Of a stretch of 64,000 nucleotides of DNA, positions 20,899-31,303 are shown in pieces (position 1 is the stretch's first letter; every line of letters begins with the position of its first letter). Source of the DNA: a virus (Duplodnaviria; Caudoviricetes); IMG/VR virus record IMGVR_UViG_3300037067_013225, positions 32,001 to 96,000 of that record; one strand, given 5' to 3'. A program made the translations under genes and the position numbers. The notes beneath the pieces are model-generated. The model saw only the letters and a program-made list of their open reading frames with translations. It ran no database searches and was not told the origin of the DNA.

Positions 20899-23043
20899 AT
20901 GGCTTTTAATATCCTGGATATTTTTCGCACAGATTTTTGGGACTTCCGCAAAGAACGCAAAGCACGCGGTATGGTACGTCCGCCCGCGCGAATTGTATCT
21001 ATCGATCCGGAATATCGTCCGTATGATCGCGGGCGCGGTCAGGATATCAGATCGGAAACCCACTGGCAAATACCTTTTGTTCAACAGAAGGCTCTATATC
21101 AGAGGAATGCTTGGGTTAAAAAATGTATAGATCATATCGCATCTAATGCGGCTGGATTAGAATGGCAAATAACCGTAGAGGATGAGTATCTTTCAGAATT
21201 AGAATCCGATCCTCGTCTCAAACTGGCAAAAGAATTAGTTACACGATTATTTTTACGGCCCAATACATTGGGTATTTCATTCCAAGATATGATTAAGATG
21301 ATCGTTCGAGATCTGAAAATTATGGATGCTGCCGTTATTGAAAAGGTACGAGATCCGAAAGGACGTTTAGTTCAGCTAAAACCATTTGGTGCCGAAACTA
21401 TCCGTATAGATGTTGATGAGCATGGAAAGATTCACCAATATATTCAGCAGTTGCGTGGTACGAATTTGTTTGGTATGTATGCCAATTCATATAAGGCATT
21501 TCCTCGGCTAGATGATCGTAGAGATGATGGTTATATTACTTTCGAACCAGACAACGTTATTTATATGCGCTTGAACCCGCGTTCAGAAAGCCCCTATGGC
21601 TCTAGTCCTATATCTAGTTTAGTAGAGGCATTGTATGCGGATATTTCCACAGATATTAGTTTATATAACTATTTATTTACCGGTGGCGTTAATGTTGGAT
21701 TTCTTTCCATTGGACAGGAATTAGATAACGATAAAGTTGAATATATCAGATATAAATTCCATCAATCATCCTCTCCCGGCAATCATTTTGAATTTCCCAT
21801 TTTAGCATCATCGGAAAATGTCGAATGGCACCCCATGCAGGTACCGAATCAGCAGATGCAGATTGCGGAATTACAGATGGAATTGCGCAATAAAATTCTA
21901 GCGGTTCTGTCCGTTCCTCCAAACGAATTAGGTTTAACTGGTAATACGCGCGGACAGGTTTATTCTCAGCAGGACGTTTTCTGGGGCAATGCTGTTATTC
22001 CTATGATGCGAACGATTGCGGATCGTTTCACGAGAGAAATTTTGTGGGAATTTGATGAGCGTCTAAAGTTTGAGTTTTTACCGCCAAAAGAATATCAATA
22101 CGAATCGGTTATATCGCGTATCGTGGCGTTGGAAAAAGAAGGGCTGATATCGGACAAGACTAAAATGGCTTGGCTCAAGTTGCCGCCATTGGAAGAACCG
22201 CATTACGTACAGAAGAAAAAGCAACTCGAATTGCAGCAAATGGAACTATCAGTTAAGGCACAAGCAATAGAGCTAGCGGTACAGGAAAATAACTGGGACG
22301 TTTTGTTGAAGCAGCCGCAACTACAGTACGAAACACAGATGTTGGAAGCGGAAGGACTGAAACAACAGCTTTCCGGCTCTAACCAAAACGATGATCTAGC
22401 GTTAAAGCAACTAGAGCTACAGAAGCAACAGATATCATTGCAAGATCGTCAGATGAAAAATGAGTTGGTATTAACGGATAAGGAATTTGAATTAAAGAAA
22501 CTAGAAATAGACGGCGCACTAAAACAGTTGCAAAAAGAATATAACATTGCTGTAGTCGGTGGACAACAGCAACCGGAAACTCCGACCAGCCAAATGAGCA
22601 ATGAACAAATTGTTCAAGGTCTTGTCACCGGGCAACTAAACACTTCGGCTCTATCTCAGATGATGCAAAATGGACAAATTAATCCCGAACAATTAAAAGA
22701 TATTCGTTCCGCATCTCAGCTATCTAAGACGTTATCTATGGCAAAATCCATTCATGCTATTACGGGATTGCATAACAATATTGATGAGATTAAACCGATT
22801 AAGCCAAATAATCCTGGATTGCGCATTAAAGAAAATGAGGCTGAACTGAGCGGTCCACGATTCGATTTCGCCCAGATATCCAAGGTATTTAATTCCAGTT
22901 TATTGCAGCAAATTAAACCGGGCGAAGGTTATGTTAAGAAAGATACGCCCGGACGTTTGAACGAATTGGTACAGCCCGATATAGATCAGGTAGAATATGA
23001 GGCACGCGAAAATGTCGAGAATCCCCGACCCGAAAGAATCTGA
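20899..23043 (+). CDS. portal protein with long Q-rich coiled-coil C-terminal extension
   Basis: NAWVKKCIDHIASN, LFLRPN, YGSSPI, LSVPPNELG motifs; start moved to MAFNIL after GGG-TATATT. Confidence 0.88.
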   Translation: MAFNILDIFRTDFWDFRKERKARGMVRPPARIVSIDPEYRPYDRGRGQDIRSETHWQIPFVQQKALYQRNAWVKKCIDHIASNAAGLEWQITVEDEYLSELESDPRLKLAKELVTRLFLRPNTLGISFQDMIKMIVRDLKIMDAAVIEKVRDPKGRLVQLKPFGAETIRIDVDEHGKIHQYIQQLRGTNLFGMYANSYKAFPRLDDRRDDGYITFEPDNVIYMRLNPRSESPYGSSPISSLVEALYADISTDISLYNYLFTGGVNVGFLSIGQELDNDKVEYIRYKFHQSSSPGNHFEFPILASSENVEWHPMQVPNQQMQIAELQMELRNKILAVLSVPPNELGLTGNTRGQVYSQQDVFWGNAVIPMMRTIADRFTREILWEFDERLKFEFLPPKEYQYESVISRIVALEKEGLISDKTKMAWLKLPPLEEPHYVQKKKQLELQQMELSVKAQAIELAVQENNWDVLLKQPQLQYETQMLEAEGLKQQLSGSNQNDDLALKQLELQKQQISLQDRQMKNELVLTDKEFELKKLEIDGALKQLQKEYNIAVVGGQQQPETPTSQMSNEQIVQGLVTGQLNTSALSQMMQNGQINPEQLKDIRSASQLSKTLSMAKSIHAITGLHNNIDEIKPIKPNNPGLRIKENEAELSGPRFDFAQISKVFNSSLLQQIKPGEGYVKKDTPGRLNELVQPDIDQVEYEARENVENPRPERI

Positions 23044-23195
23044 ACCAAAGACAGTTTATAATCCGAGTTTTGTAGAGGCTGGAGATGTTCCAGTAATGTT
23101 TTTAATGTCTTTAACTCGCGGTACAGAAGATGGCCCATTTCTGGGAATCCCGGAAAATGCAAAAGAATTAGGTTAAAATTGGTTAAAATAAGGTT

Positions 23196-23813
23196 ATGGC
23201 AAAGTCTGAAATTGAACGCCTAGATCATGGCTTTAAGTTTAAGCATCATCGTTTGCACAAATTGCTTCATTTTATTATGGATTTGCGCAAAGATAAGGGT
23301 GCAAAATCCTACGATTACGAGCAGCAGATTTTACAATTGGCTAGGATTTTAGTACAGCATCAAGATTTTGCCGATATTTCTAGATGGTCTCCCGAAGAAC
23401 TCTGGCATTACCAAGAGGGGCATCATGATGCCGATTGGAAACGTGCCGTTCGATACATGAATGATTATTTGTGTCCGCCCGAAGGCGATCAAGAACGGAA
23501 AGAATATAACTATCAGATGTATGTACGTAACGTGGAAGATTACGCTTCTACAGTGAACAAGCCACAGATGTCTAGAGGTTTCGCACGCAATACGGAATGG
23601 GAAAATTCTGAAGTGGCTGCGATGAATCCTCCATCATATCCCAAGAGCGATTCAGATCCATCCAATTACGGATTTTATCAAACGCCATTTAAACGTCCCG
23701 ATGCGAATATCTATTTGGAAAATGATCAATTTAATCAAAAACTTATGGAGAAGCTTGCGAATAGCGAATATTTTGCGATGATTTTGCGCAAGAAAGGCCG
23801 GGATAAAAAGTAA
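23196..23813 (+). CDS. hypothetical head-module protein
   Basis: Leaderless after GGT-TAAAAT; lies between portal and protease. Confidence 0.65.
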   Translation: MAKSEIERLDHGFKFKHHRLHKLLHFIMDLRKDKGAKSYDYEQQILQLARILVQHQDFADISRWSPEELWHYQEGHHDADWKRAVRYMNDYLCPPEGDQERKEYNYQMYVRNVEDYASTVNKPQMSRGFARNTEWENSEVAAMNPPSYPKSDSDPSNYGFYQTPFKRPDANIYLENDQFNQKLMEKLANSEYFAMILRKKGRDKK

Positions 23814-25810
23814 TGAGTCCGTATCGTAGTGATCAACAGCGGAAATGGGCGCACACTAAATCTGGGGTAGAGGCATTGGGCAAAGCTGGCGTTAAAGAAT
23901 GGGATAAAAAGTCCAAAGGTAAAAAACTTCCCAAACGAGTCAAGAAGAAGAAAATGAAGAAAGCGATAGCGCCAGATCAGGTAGAGGGGACTTATCATCC
24001 GGATGTCCGTGCTCAGATTCGTAAATATCTTGCACAGCCAAATAGTAATTTTTCAAGGCAAATGAACGCGCAAGCCGAGAGAAATCAGATGATCAATCCT
24101 GCATTCGGGCAATCGCCAACTGGTAGGAATTTAGAGAAATTAGAGTCGAAACAAAACGAGCATGCCTTTCATGATGAAATGGGTATGGATGAACGACTAC
24201 TTAAAGATCAAAATCGTGAAGCAAAATTTCCCATGCGCCCCCCAACATATGGTGATGGTGCTGCATTCGTAAAACCACCTGAATTTAAGGAAAAAGAAAT
24301 GGTTGATGATCGTCGTAACGCAATAGTTAAGGCTCTTGTATTTGAGTTTATCGAAGATGCTCGTGCCAATGGTTATGAGTTGGAGCCTGAAGACACTGCG
24401 CCACTGGCATCATTCGTAATTGATACCCTAGATACTGTACGAAAAGCAGCCAATGTGCCTGATAATCAGTTGACGGATTTCATTGAGCGATTTGACAAAG
24501 ATATTCGCGCCAATGCTCTCAACAAACTTGATTCATGGTATGAAGACCAGATGCTACAAAAATCTGTCAATGAACTAACATACCACCCAGAGCATACTCG
24601 CGCCCATGAAACCGAGGACGAGAATGGTCAGATGTGGCATGAGGGCATGATCAAGAAGGGTCGTATTTACGATTTGCCGGTTGAGTTACGAGAACACCTA
24701 GATAAGTATCATGGTTTCAATAAGGTGTTTCACTGCCATGTTGAAGGTACCGATCCACTAATCTTTGGTAAAAGCGCGACATATCATCGCAACAATGGTG
24801 GCGTTTTAGAGCGTGGATATTTGCACGAAGTTATTCATCGTCTAGATGAGAAAGCTTATCGTGAGCAGATGACCGGACAATACGAGGAAGCAACAGACGA
24901 GCAGATTGCTACCTATGATGACTTTAATAAAGGTACAATATATGCCGGAATGGTTTGGGCTGACGGAGTAATAACTACACCGGAACTAGCAGAACATCTA
25001 AATCTTTTCCATGGTATGGGACACCAAGGCAAGCTAAAGTATCAGCCGCACCCAGTGGAAATTCCCATGATTGGTCCATCTGGTGTACATGTTCAGATGC
25101 AGGCTCTAAAAAAGGCCGCGCCAGTGGTAGAAAATCCAGTTCATGAGAGTAATGCGGTGGATGAACTGAAGGCTCTTTTTGAACAAGGTAAAAAAAAAAG
25201 ATTAATTAAGGCACCGCTAGGCGCTGCTAGTGAAGATGAGGAATCTGCCCGACAGGGTTATCAGTACGAGGAACCCCAAATACCGCAAGCAGAACCAGAT
25301 ACAATGTTAGCTCCGCAACGTGTCTCAGAGTCACCACTAGAACCGGATATTGAGCCTGACGACTATGATTATAGTCAGGAAGATATTGGTCCATCTGACT
25401 ACAATCCCGAAGATGAAAGCCAGTATAATGATGTTATTGGCAAATTATCACCCGTTATGGGCGATTGGCTTAGTTCCAAGATGTCCAAATTGGGTGTTAA
25501 TAGATTAATGCAGCTAAGTGGGAAGGGGATCAAAGATCTCACCTCCAATTTCGTTCACGATGTACAAAATGCCACACACATTTCATCCGCTAATGCGGCC
25601 AAACTAACGAGTGCTTTTAGAGACAGTATGCATCACGGAAGGTTGCGCGAATTTGCATCACTTAGTGGGAATCCAGCGCTAGAACAAATGTACGAAAATG
25701 AAGATCCTCAACTAATCCTGCTTCATAATATGGCTTTCCCCGAAACAACCATCCGGCCCAATCTATTTAATGCGCAAGGGGAGAGCAAGCAGAGTGAGCC
25801 GATTCAGTGA
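23813..25810 (+). CDS. putative internal head polyprotein
   Basis: Basic N-terminal MSPYRSDQQRKWAH..KEWD..GKKLP motif; nine hydrophobic-x-K-[AGS] motifs. Confidence 0.6.
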   Translation: MSPYRSDQQRKWAHTKSGVEALGKAGVKEWDKKSKGKKLPKRVKKKKMKKAIAPDQVEGTYHPDVRAQIRKYLAQPNSNFSRQMNAQAERNQMINPAFGQSPTGRNLEKLESKQNEHAFHDEMGMDERLLKDQNREAKFPMRPPTYGDGAAFVKPPEFKEKEMVDDRRNAIVKALVFEFIEDARANGYELEPEDTAPLASFVIDTLDTVRKAANVPDNQLTDFIERFDKDIRANALNKLDSWYEDQMLQKSVNELTYHPEHTRAHETEDENGQMWHEGMIKKGRIYDLPVELREHLDKYHGFNKVFHCHVEGTDPLIFGKSATYHRNNGGVLERGYLHEVIHRLDEKAYREQMTGQYEEATDEQIATYDDFNKGTIYAGMVWADGVITTPELAEHLNLFHGMGHQGKLKYQPHPVEIPMIGPSGVHVQMQALKKAAPVVENPVHESNAVDELKALFEQGKKKRLIKAPLGAASEDEESARQGYQYEEPQIPQAEPDTMLAPQRVSESPLEPDIEPDDYDYSQEDIGPSDYNPEDESQYNDVIGKLSPVMGDWLSSKMSKLGVNRLMQLSGKGIKDLTSNFVHDVQNATHISSANAAKLTSAFRDSMHHGRLREFASLSGNPALEQMYENEDPQLILLHNMAFPETTIRPNLFNAQGESKQSEPIQ

Positions 25811-27180
25811 TTAGGGACATTGTTTGCGACTTATTAAAGGGGCATCCATATTTCGGGAATGTGGGAGAGTTTGCACAACGTCAGATAATCCGTGCATATA
25901 TTTTGGATGCTCACGAATATGTTTTCAATGATGATAAAGAAACGTATAAGCTTTTGGAGGCTTTGCAAAATTTTGCACCTGATATTCTTAGTAGAGCCTT
26001 GGGGATTGATGAGGCCGCTAAAACGTCTTGCTTTATGTTTGACGAATTAGAGAAAAAAACTATATTTAAGGGTATGTTTGACAAACAAATACCCAACGAG
26101 GATGAATTCTTTTTTGTCATAGAGACAGCTTTGGCGGAACATCCGTTTATAAGATTTTCGCAAGATAAAATGCACTTAAAGTGTGAAACTGGCGCACCGG
26201 TGATAAATTTGGATTTGGTTGATATCGATAAAGTTGTCAAACATCTGCTAAATCCTAATGTAGAAGTGCCGGAAATTCCCGCAAGCCATCTTCTCCCACT
26301 GAAGCACTTACCATTTAAGGATGATATAATTGCCTATCAATATCCATATTTTATAATCGCACTAATACTTAGAGATCTAGGACCGACTATAAGCAAGGCG
26401 ATTGTAAATCAGATAGATCAAACACAATTAGTTAAGGTTATCAATAACTTGACGAATTATCTAACACCAATATTAAGTGGTGATGAAGTCATATATCAGG
26501 GTTCGGACAATCAATTTAATTTACGATCCATGATATATAATCTAGAGATGGAAAGTTATGGTGTTTCTTCTTCAATGATTAATGATGCAAAGCAAACATA
26601 CATCAGAGACATGGCTCTACTAAAACAGCACATGATATCCAAAAATCAAGATGAAGGATATTGGCATGTAATTAATTATCAGATAGAGAAAATACCCTTT
26701 GTTAGAAGTATGGGGGATTTCGCCGGTCCGCAATTATTAAACGCCTGTTATGAGTTCGTTTCCAACAATATGCATGATGAGGGATTTGCGTCGCAGATAC
26801 CGGATTTATTTGAGACGATTCGTTGCAATGTCGAATCAATCATGGAGCAATTCATGGATGAAGCGGTGATGCCGAAAGTGGTGGAGGATTATAAGGATAA
26901 ATTCATGCAATTCAAGCGGATGGTTCCGCAGTCGGTTTTAAATAGCGCTAACGCGCAACAACTAGCAATAGAACTACTCAAACAAGCGCAATTAGTATAT
27001 TTGAAGAAAATAGGCACATTTATTGCTATGGCTGCACAACATTTTAATTTGCCCATGCCCTATATTCGTGTCGGTTGTGCTGGGGATATGACGGAGCAAT
27101 ACGGATTGGAATTAGCTAAATCTGGTGTTCATGTTTCCAATATTGTGCATAAATTTATTCCGGTGAGTTGGGATGATTGA
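25807..27180 (+). CDS. hypothetical head-module protein
   Basis: 457 aa, overlaps previous stop. Confidence 0.65.
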   Translation: MIRDIVCDLLKGHPYFGNVGEFAQRQIIRAYILDAHEYVFNDDKETYKLLEALQNFAPDILSRALGIDEAAKTSCFMFDELEKKTIFKGMFDKQIPNEDEFFFVIETALAEHPFIRFSQDKMHLKCETGAPVINLDLVDIDKVVKHLLNPNVEVPEIPASHLLPLKHLPFKDDIIAYQYPYFIIALILRDLGPTISKAIVNQIDQTQLVKVINNLTNYLTPILSGDEVIYQGSDNQFNLRSMIYNLEMESYGVSSSMINDAKQTYIRDMALLKQHMISKNQDEGYWHVINYQIEKIPFVRSMGDFAGPQLLNACYEFVSNNMHDEGFASQIPDLFETIRCNVESIMEQFMDEAVMPKVVEDYKDKFMQFKRMVPQSVLNSANAQQLAIELLKQAQLVYLKKIGTFIAMAAQHFNLPMPYIRVGCAGDMTEQYGLELAKSGVHVSNIVHKFIPVSWDD

Positions 27181-27937
27181 TTTATCCAGATCAATGGATG
27201 TACCACTTCAGGATAATGCTCTCGGAACATATAACGAAGCGCGCATGGTATTTGTTAGCGATATTATAAATACTTTGCCAGATAAAGAAAGAATCATAAA
27301 GCTATATGGTAGCATTCCGAATCTGGTGCGAGAATATATCAAACAGTTACGCGATATTATTCGCGATAATACGACTATAAATATCATCATAGATACGGAT
27401 ATATTTGGGTGTGGTTGCGCGGGATATTCTAATCTGCAAATATTGCAAACTCTACAGGGAATATATGAGTCAGACACCGCCAAGGCTCTAGATGATAGAA
27501 GGATATTCGACTGGATTAAACAAAATCGTACCAGTGTACAAGATCTAGTATCGTTAGTACAGTTAGATGAAATAGATATGGTTCACGTATCTGATACGGA
27601 TGGGGAATATATCCTATATCAGGGCAGAAAAATTCCCAGCAATTTTTCCAGCAAGCTATCAAAGTCCGCAGTGCAGGAATTGGCCGCAGACAGTAGAGCG
27701 ATGGATCAGGTTATGAGACCGAATCCATCTAGCGGAAGATTGCGCAAACAAACGGATATTCCCAGAGAAACTATGGCGATTCTATTTAGAACATTGTTCG
27801 CTTTACCGGATGCTGCTGATGAACGTGGCGAATTAGCCACAGATGTACATAGAGAAATCGATACAAAGAATACACCAGCCGATCCCAAAACATTCCAAAC
27901 TATTTTCAGAAAGTTTTCTAAAACGGGTAAACTTTAG
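27173..27937 (+). CDS. hypothetical head-module protein
   Basis: 254 aa in operon. Confidence 0.65.
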   Translation: MIDLSRSMDVPLQDNALGTYNEARMVFVSDIINTLPDKERIIKLYGSIPNLVREYIKQLRDIIRDNTTINIIIDTDIFGCGCAGYSNLQILQTLQGIYESDTAKALDDRRIFDWIKQNRTSVQDLVSLVQLDEIDMVHVSDTDGEYILYQGRKIPSNFSSKLSKSAVQELAADSRAMDQVMRPNPSSGRLRKQTDIPRETMAILFRTLFALPDAADERGELATDVHREIDTKNTPADPKTFQTIFRKFSKTGKL

Positions 27938-27939
27938 TT

Positions 27940-29898
27940 ATGCGCAACGCATTTGTAACTGGTTATCCAGTATCAAAATTGGCAAAATTGGAAGATGGCG
28001 ATGTAATTATTGAGGGCAAAGCCGCAACAAATCATCGTGATGTTCAAGGCGATATGATTAGTAAGGGAATGTTGCGTAAAATTGCAGATTCTCTAAATAG
28101 TGGACGACCGTTATATTTGAATCATTATTATCATACGCCGCCCATTGGGCAAGTTCTAAAAGCCCGGTATATGGAAGATGAAGATGAAGCTTATGTGTGG
28201 GTTCGGGCAGTTATAGATACGAACGATTCTGAGATTAAACGTAATGCTGCTGCTGGCAGAATGCCATATTTCTCTATCGGGGGACATTTACTAGATTATA
28301 AGATGAATAAAGCGGGCGGAAAAGAAACTCGCGAATGCTTAGACGGAAATATTTTAGAGCTATCCATAACACCAGCACCGATTAATATTATGGCTGGCTA
28401 TACTATTGCGAAGGGATCTATTATCGATTTACAGCATAATTTAGCGATGTTCAAATCGATTATTGAAAATTACGATTCGGAAAATTATAATAAAATTAAT
28501 ATAGATAGTATTGAGTTTAAAGATGTAGAGTTCGTTAAAAGCGAGGAATCTAACATGGAAGGTAAATCTGGTAAGGCCACCGGTTTTACAGACGTTAAGG
28601 AAAAGACACATCGTGACACTCCTGTTTTCGGCGAAAACGGCGGTACACCGGGTGTTACGGGCGAATTACCATCATTGGGTAACGGATTCAATGGGCAGAC
28701 CAAGTTTGCTGAGGAAAATACAGATAAGTTTGTAAAACCTAGCACTCGTGGTGATTCTCGTGTTGTAGATCCTCTCAATTATACAGCTAATAAGGAAGTA
28801 TTTGAGGGTCACGATTCTAAAGCTATTCCTACCGGTGAAGATTATAACGATTTCGGCGGGAACAGTGAGGGTAACGGATTAGATCCGCATTCTAATTCAT
28901 GGATCGGCTCTCAGAACAGTGCCACGTCTAGCGTGACAAATCCGAGTTCCGGCGCATCTCCGGAACCAGGCAATGCTACGGATAAAACCGGCAGCACTTG
29001 GCTTGAAAAGCATCATTCCGATTATGAGGGAATGAAAAAGTCCATTATGACTTGGGATAAAGCACATAAGGCTGCGTTGGTAGACGCTCTATTACATGAC
29101 TTTGGCTCTACTAATATTTATCAAGAAGATTACGAATCCGATATCGAAGCAATGCACAGATTAATTGAATTGGGTCAAAGCCCGAAGCGATTCCGCAAGG
29201 GCGGTCGGCAACGTGAGATGCTTGAATCTGAGATTATTCAGATTGCGAAAGCAACAGATTTCACACAGGTGGAACGCTCGTTATATGATCGGATGTTTAT
29301 CGGCCATCTAATGGGTATGCATTTGGGTGATTTTGAGAAATATTTAAAAGCGGCTGGTTATGAAGACGAGGAAAGCGATCCTATGGCGGAAAGCGCTGAG
29401 TCTGCTCCTCCGTCTCCGCAGGTAGAATCCGGTGCTCCACCGGCTCAAGAGATGCCACCCGAAGCTTCCGCTGGCGGTGGACAAGCTGATGAATTTCAAC
29501 AGTTAGTGGAGAGTGATCCAGAGTTCCAGCAGGCCGTGATTGCCATTCTACAGAAATATGGCCTGGTTGATGAGTCAGGGCAACCAATCCAAGGCTCTAA
29601 CCCCGATGCAGAGGAGCAAGCCACAGAAGAAATCAAACAATTGTTTGAGCAATACAATGGGCAGGATGAACAGCCCGCGCCTTCTGGTCCGGTACCTTCG
29701 ATGGCTAAATCTATGACAGATATGGACATTCGCAAGGCTGCACGTGATGCATTTGATGAGGCGCAAGCACAGGGGATTCTACGTTCACGGACAATTCCTG
29801 AAGAGCAACAGTATCCCACTGTCAAGGGTGAACCAATCAGCCCATCTCAGATGGCGTTAGCGCAATTTATTAAGCATAACGCTTATGGTAATAGGTAA
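27940..29898 (+). CDS. prohead serine protease fused to scaffold-like region
   Basis: IEGKAA..RDVQGD, LYLNH, PIG, FSIGG, ELSITPAPIN; long acidic low-complexity C-terminus; precedes capsid. Confidence 0.88.
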   Translation: MRNAFVTGYPVSKLAKLEDGDVIIEGKAATNHRDVQGDMISKGMLRKIADSLNSGRPLYLNHYYHTPPIGQVLKARYMEDEDEAYVWVRAVIDTNDSEIKRNAAAGRMPYFSIGGHLLDYKMNKAGGKETRECLDGNILELSITPAPINIMAGYTIAKGSIIDLQHNLAMFKSIIENYDSENYNKINIDSIEFKDVEFVKSEESNMEGKSGKATGFTDVKEKTHRDTPVFGENGGTPGVTGELPSLGNGFNGQTKFAEENTDKFVKPSTRGDSRVVDPLNYTANKEVFEGHDSKAIPTGEDYNDFGGNSEGNGLDPHSNSWIGSQNSATSSVTNPSSGASPEPGNATDKTGSTWLEKHHSDYEGMKKSIMTWDKAHKAALVDALLHDFGSTNIYQEDYESDIEAMHRLIELGQSPKRFRKGGRQREMLESEIIQIAKATDFTQVERSLYDRMFIGHLMGMHLGDFEKYLKAAGYEDEESDPMAESAESAPPSPQVESGAPPAQEMPPEASAGGGQADEFQQLVESDPEFQQAVIAILQKYGLVDESGQPIQGSNPDAEEQATEEIKQLFEQYNGQDEQPAPSGPVPSMAKSMTDMDIRKAARDAFDEAQAQGILRSRTIPEEQQYPTVKGEPISPSQMALAQFIKHNAYGNR

Positions 29899-29908
29899 GG
29901 ATTTCGCA

Positions 29909-31162
29909 ATGAAAAAGAAGCAAAGCTTCCTTAAGGGTTCCAACCCAGAGGCTCTACAAAAAGCAACTACAGTATACAGCCCTTCCGCTGTAACATCTGG
30001 TACATCTGCTGTTGGGTTTAATATTTCTCAACAGGTTGGCGATTTGTCCAGTTTCCCCATCATGGGTACTCCGGGCGTCTCTAACAGTATCGGTGGTCGA
30101 GATTTTCTCTCTGTAGACGTAACTACGGATTTTATTCCGTATATCAACCAGGCGTCCTATATGCGGAGCCATTTCGAAGTATATCCTATGGACGGTCCTT
30201 CCGTATATAAGCCGAAGTTCGCTGGCGCGGCTAACGCTTATGCTACTGGTGAAGGCCAAGTCATGGCACATACTCAGTTCCCAACCACTACGGTGGCGTT
30301 GGTGGCAAAGGCCATGGCCGTATCGTTTAGCGTTCCGCGAGAAATTGCTGACGATGCGATCATTAACCTGATGCCAGCTATTCGTGACCACCTTGTGGAC
30401 CGATTTGTTCTAGCAGAGGAAGAGGCATTCCTTTTGGGCGATCCTACATTTTTCGCTGGAACCGGATCTGTTAGGTCAATGTTCAGTGGTATTTCTAAGC
30501 TAGCCGAATATGATTCCGCTGGCGGCGACGATATCATGGCGAATAACGCCGCTCCGCTTGTCAATGCGGAAGGCAACCCGCTATCCATTGAGCACGTCAA
30601 CGAGGCTATTGAGAATCTCGATCTCATGGCGCAGAATCCTGACGATTTGCTCGGTATCATGAACCGACATCATGCCCGCACATTGCGCGGCGATGGCGTT
30701 GTGTTGAAAGTGCTAACCAATTTCGGACCGTCACCCGTATTTAGAACCGGTCGTATTGGTGAGGTATTTGGTATTAAGTTCGTACAGACAAGTTTGCTTA
30801 ATCCCAAGTATCCTATTGCGTCTAACGACGGCAAGTATTGGTCTTGGGTCGGATTTGGTGGCGAGACTCCGGCTGAGATTACGTCTCCCGGTAGCGATTC
30901 GTTATCCGATTTCGGCACCGGGAACCGTATTTATGCACAGTATAATACCGCAGCCGCCGCTGCGGCTGCTCAAACGACATATAGCGAAATTCTTATTGCG
31001 CATAAGGATTCGTGTGTCATAGGCGACAGGCAAAGTATTGAGCTTGAAAGTAGCGCACATACTATGTTGCCAGCTAGGGCTTTGTTACTCGTAAGCCACC
31101 AAAGAGTGGCCTTCACCGGCCAAATAAGAAAGGGGCTAACAAAAATCGTGCAGCTCTCCTGA
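29909..31162 (+). CDS. major capsid protein (HK97 fold)
   Basis: ATGEG, VALVAKAMA..VPREIADDA, AEEEAFLLGD, GEVFGIKFV; TAAGGA SD before ATG 29909. Confidence 0.9.
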   Translation: MKKKQSFLKGSNPEALQKATTVYSPSAVTSGTSAVGFNISQQVGDLSSFPIMGTPGVSNSIGGRDFLSVDVTTDFIPYINQASYMRSHFEVYPMDGPSVYKPKFAGAANAYATGEGQVMAHTQFPTTTVALVAKAMAVSFSVPREIADDAIINLMPAIRDHLVDRFVLAEEEAFLLGDPTFFAGTGSVRSMFSGISKLAEYDSAGGDDIMANNAAPLVNAEGNPLSIEHVNEAIENLDLMAQNPDDLLGIMNRHHARTLRGDGVVLKVLTNFGPSPVFRTGRIGEVFGIKFVQTSLLNPKYPIASNDGKYWSWVGFGGETPAEITSPGSDSLSDFGTGNRIYAQYNTAAAAAAAQTTYSEILIAHKDSCVIGDRQSIELESSAHTMLPARALLLVSHQRVAFTGQIRKGLTKIVQLS

Positions 31163-31190
31163 TGTCATAGCATATACCATATCGTATACT

Positions 31191-31215
31191 GAGGCTCGAA
31201 AGAGCCTCTTTTTTT
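31191..31215 (+). terminator. rho-independent terminator
   Basis: GAGGCTC-GAAA-GAGCCTC plus T run. Confidence 0.88.
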
Positions 31216-31242
31216 GCAATAAATATCCAATAGAGCCGGTGC

Positions 31243-31271
31243 TTGACAAATCTGATTGCTTGTGGTATAAT
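31243..31271 (+). promoter_or_regulatory. sigma70-type promoter
   Basis: TTGACA-17-TATAAT with TG extension. Confidence 0.85.
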
Positions 31272-31303
31272 GCGTGTGGGTCAAATCGTGTTATGAGGGA
31301 ATA

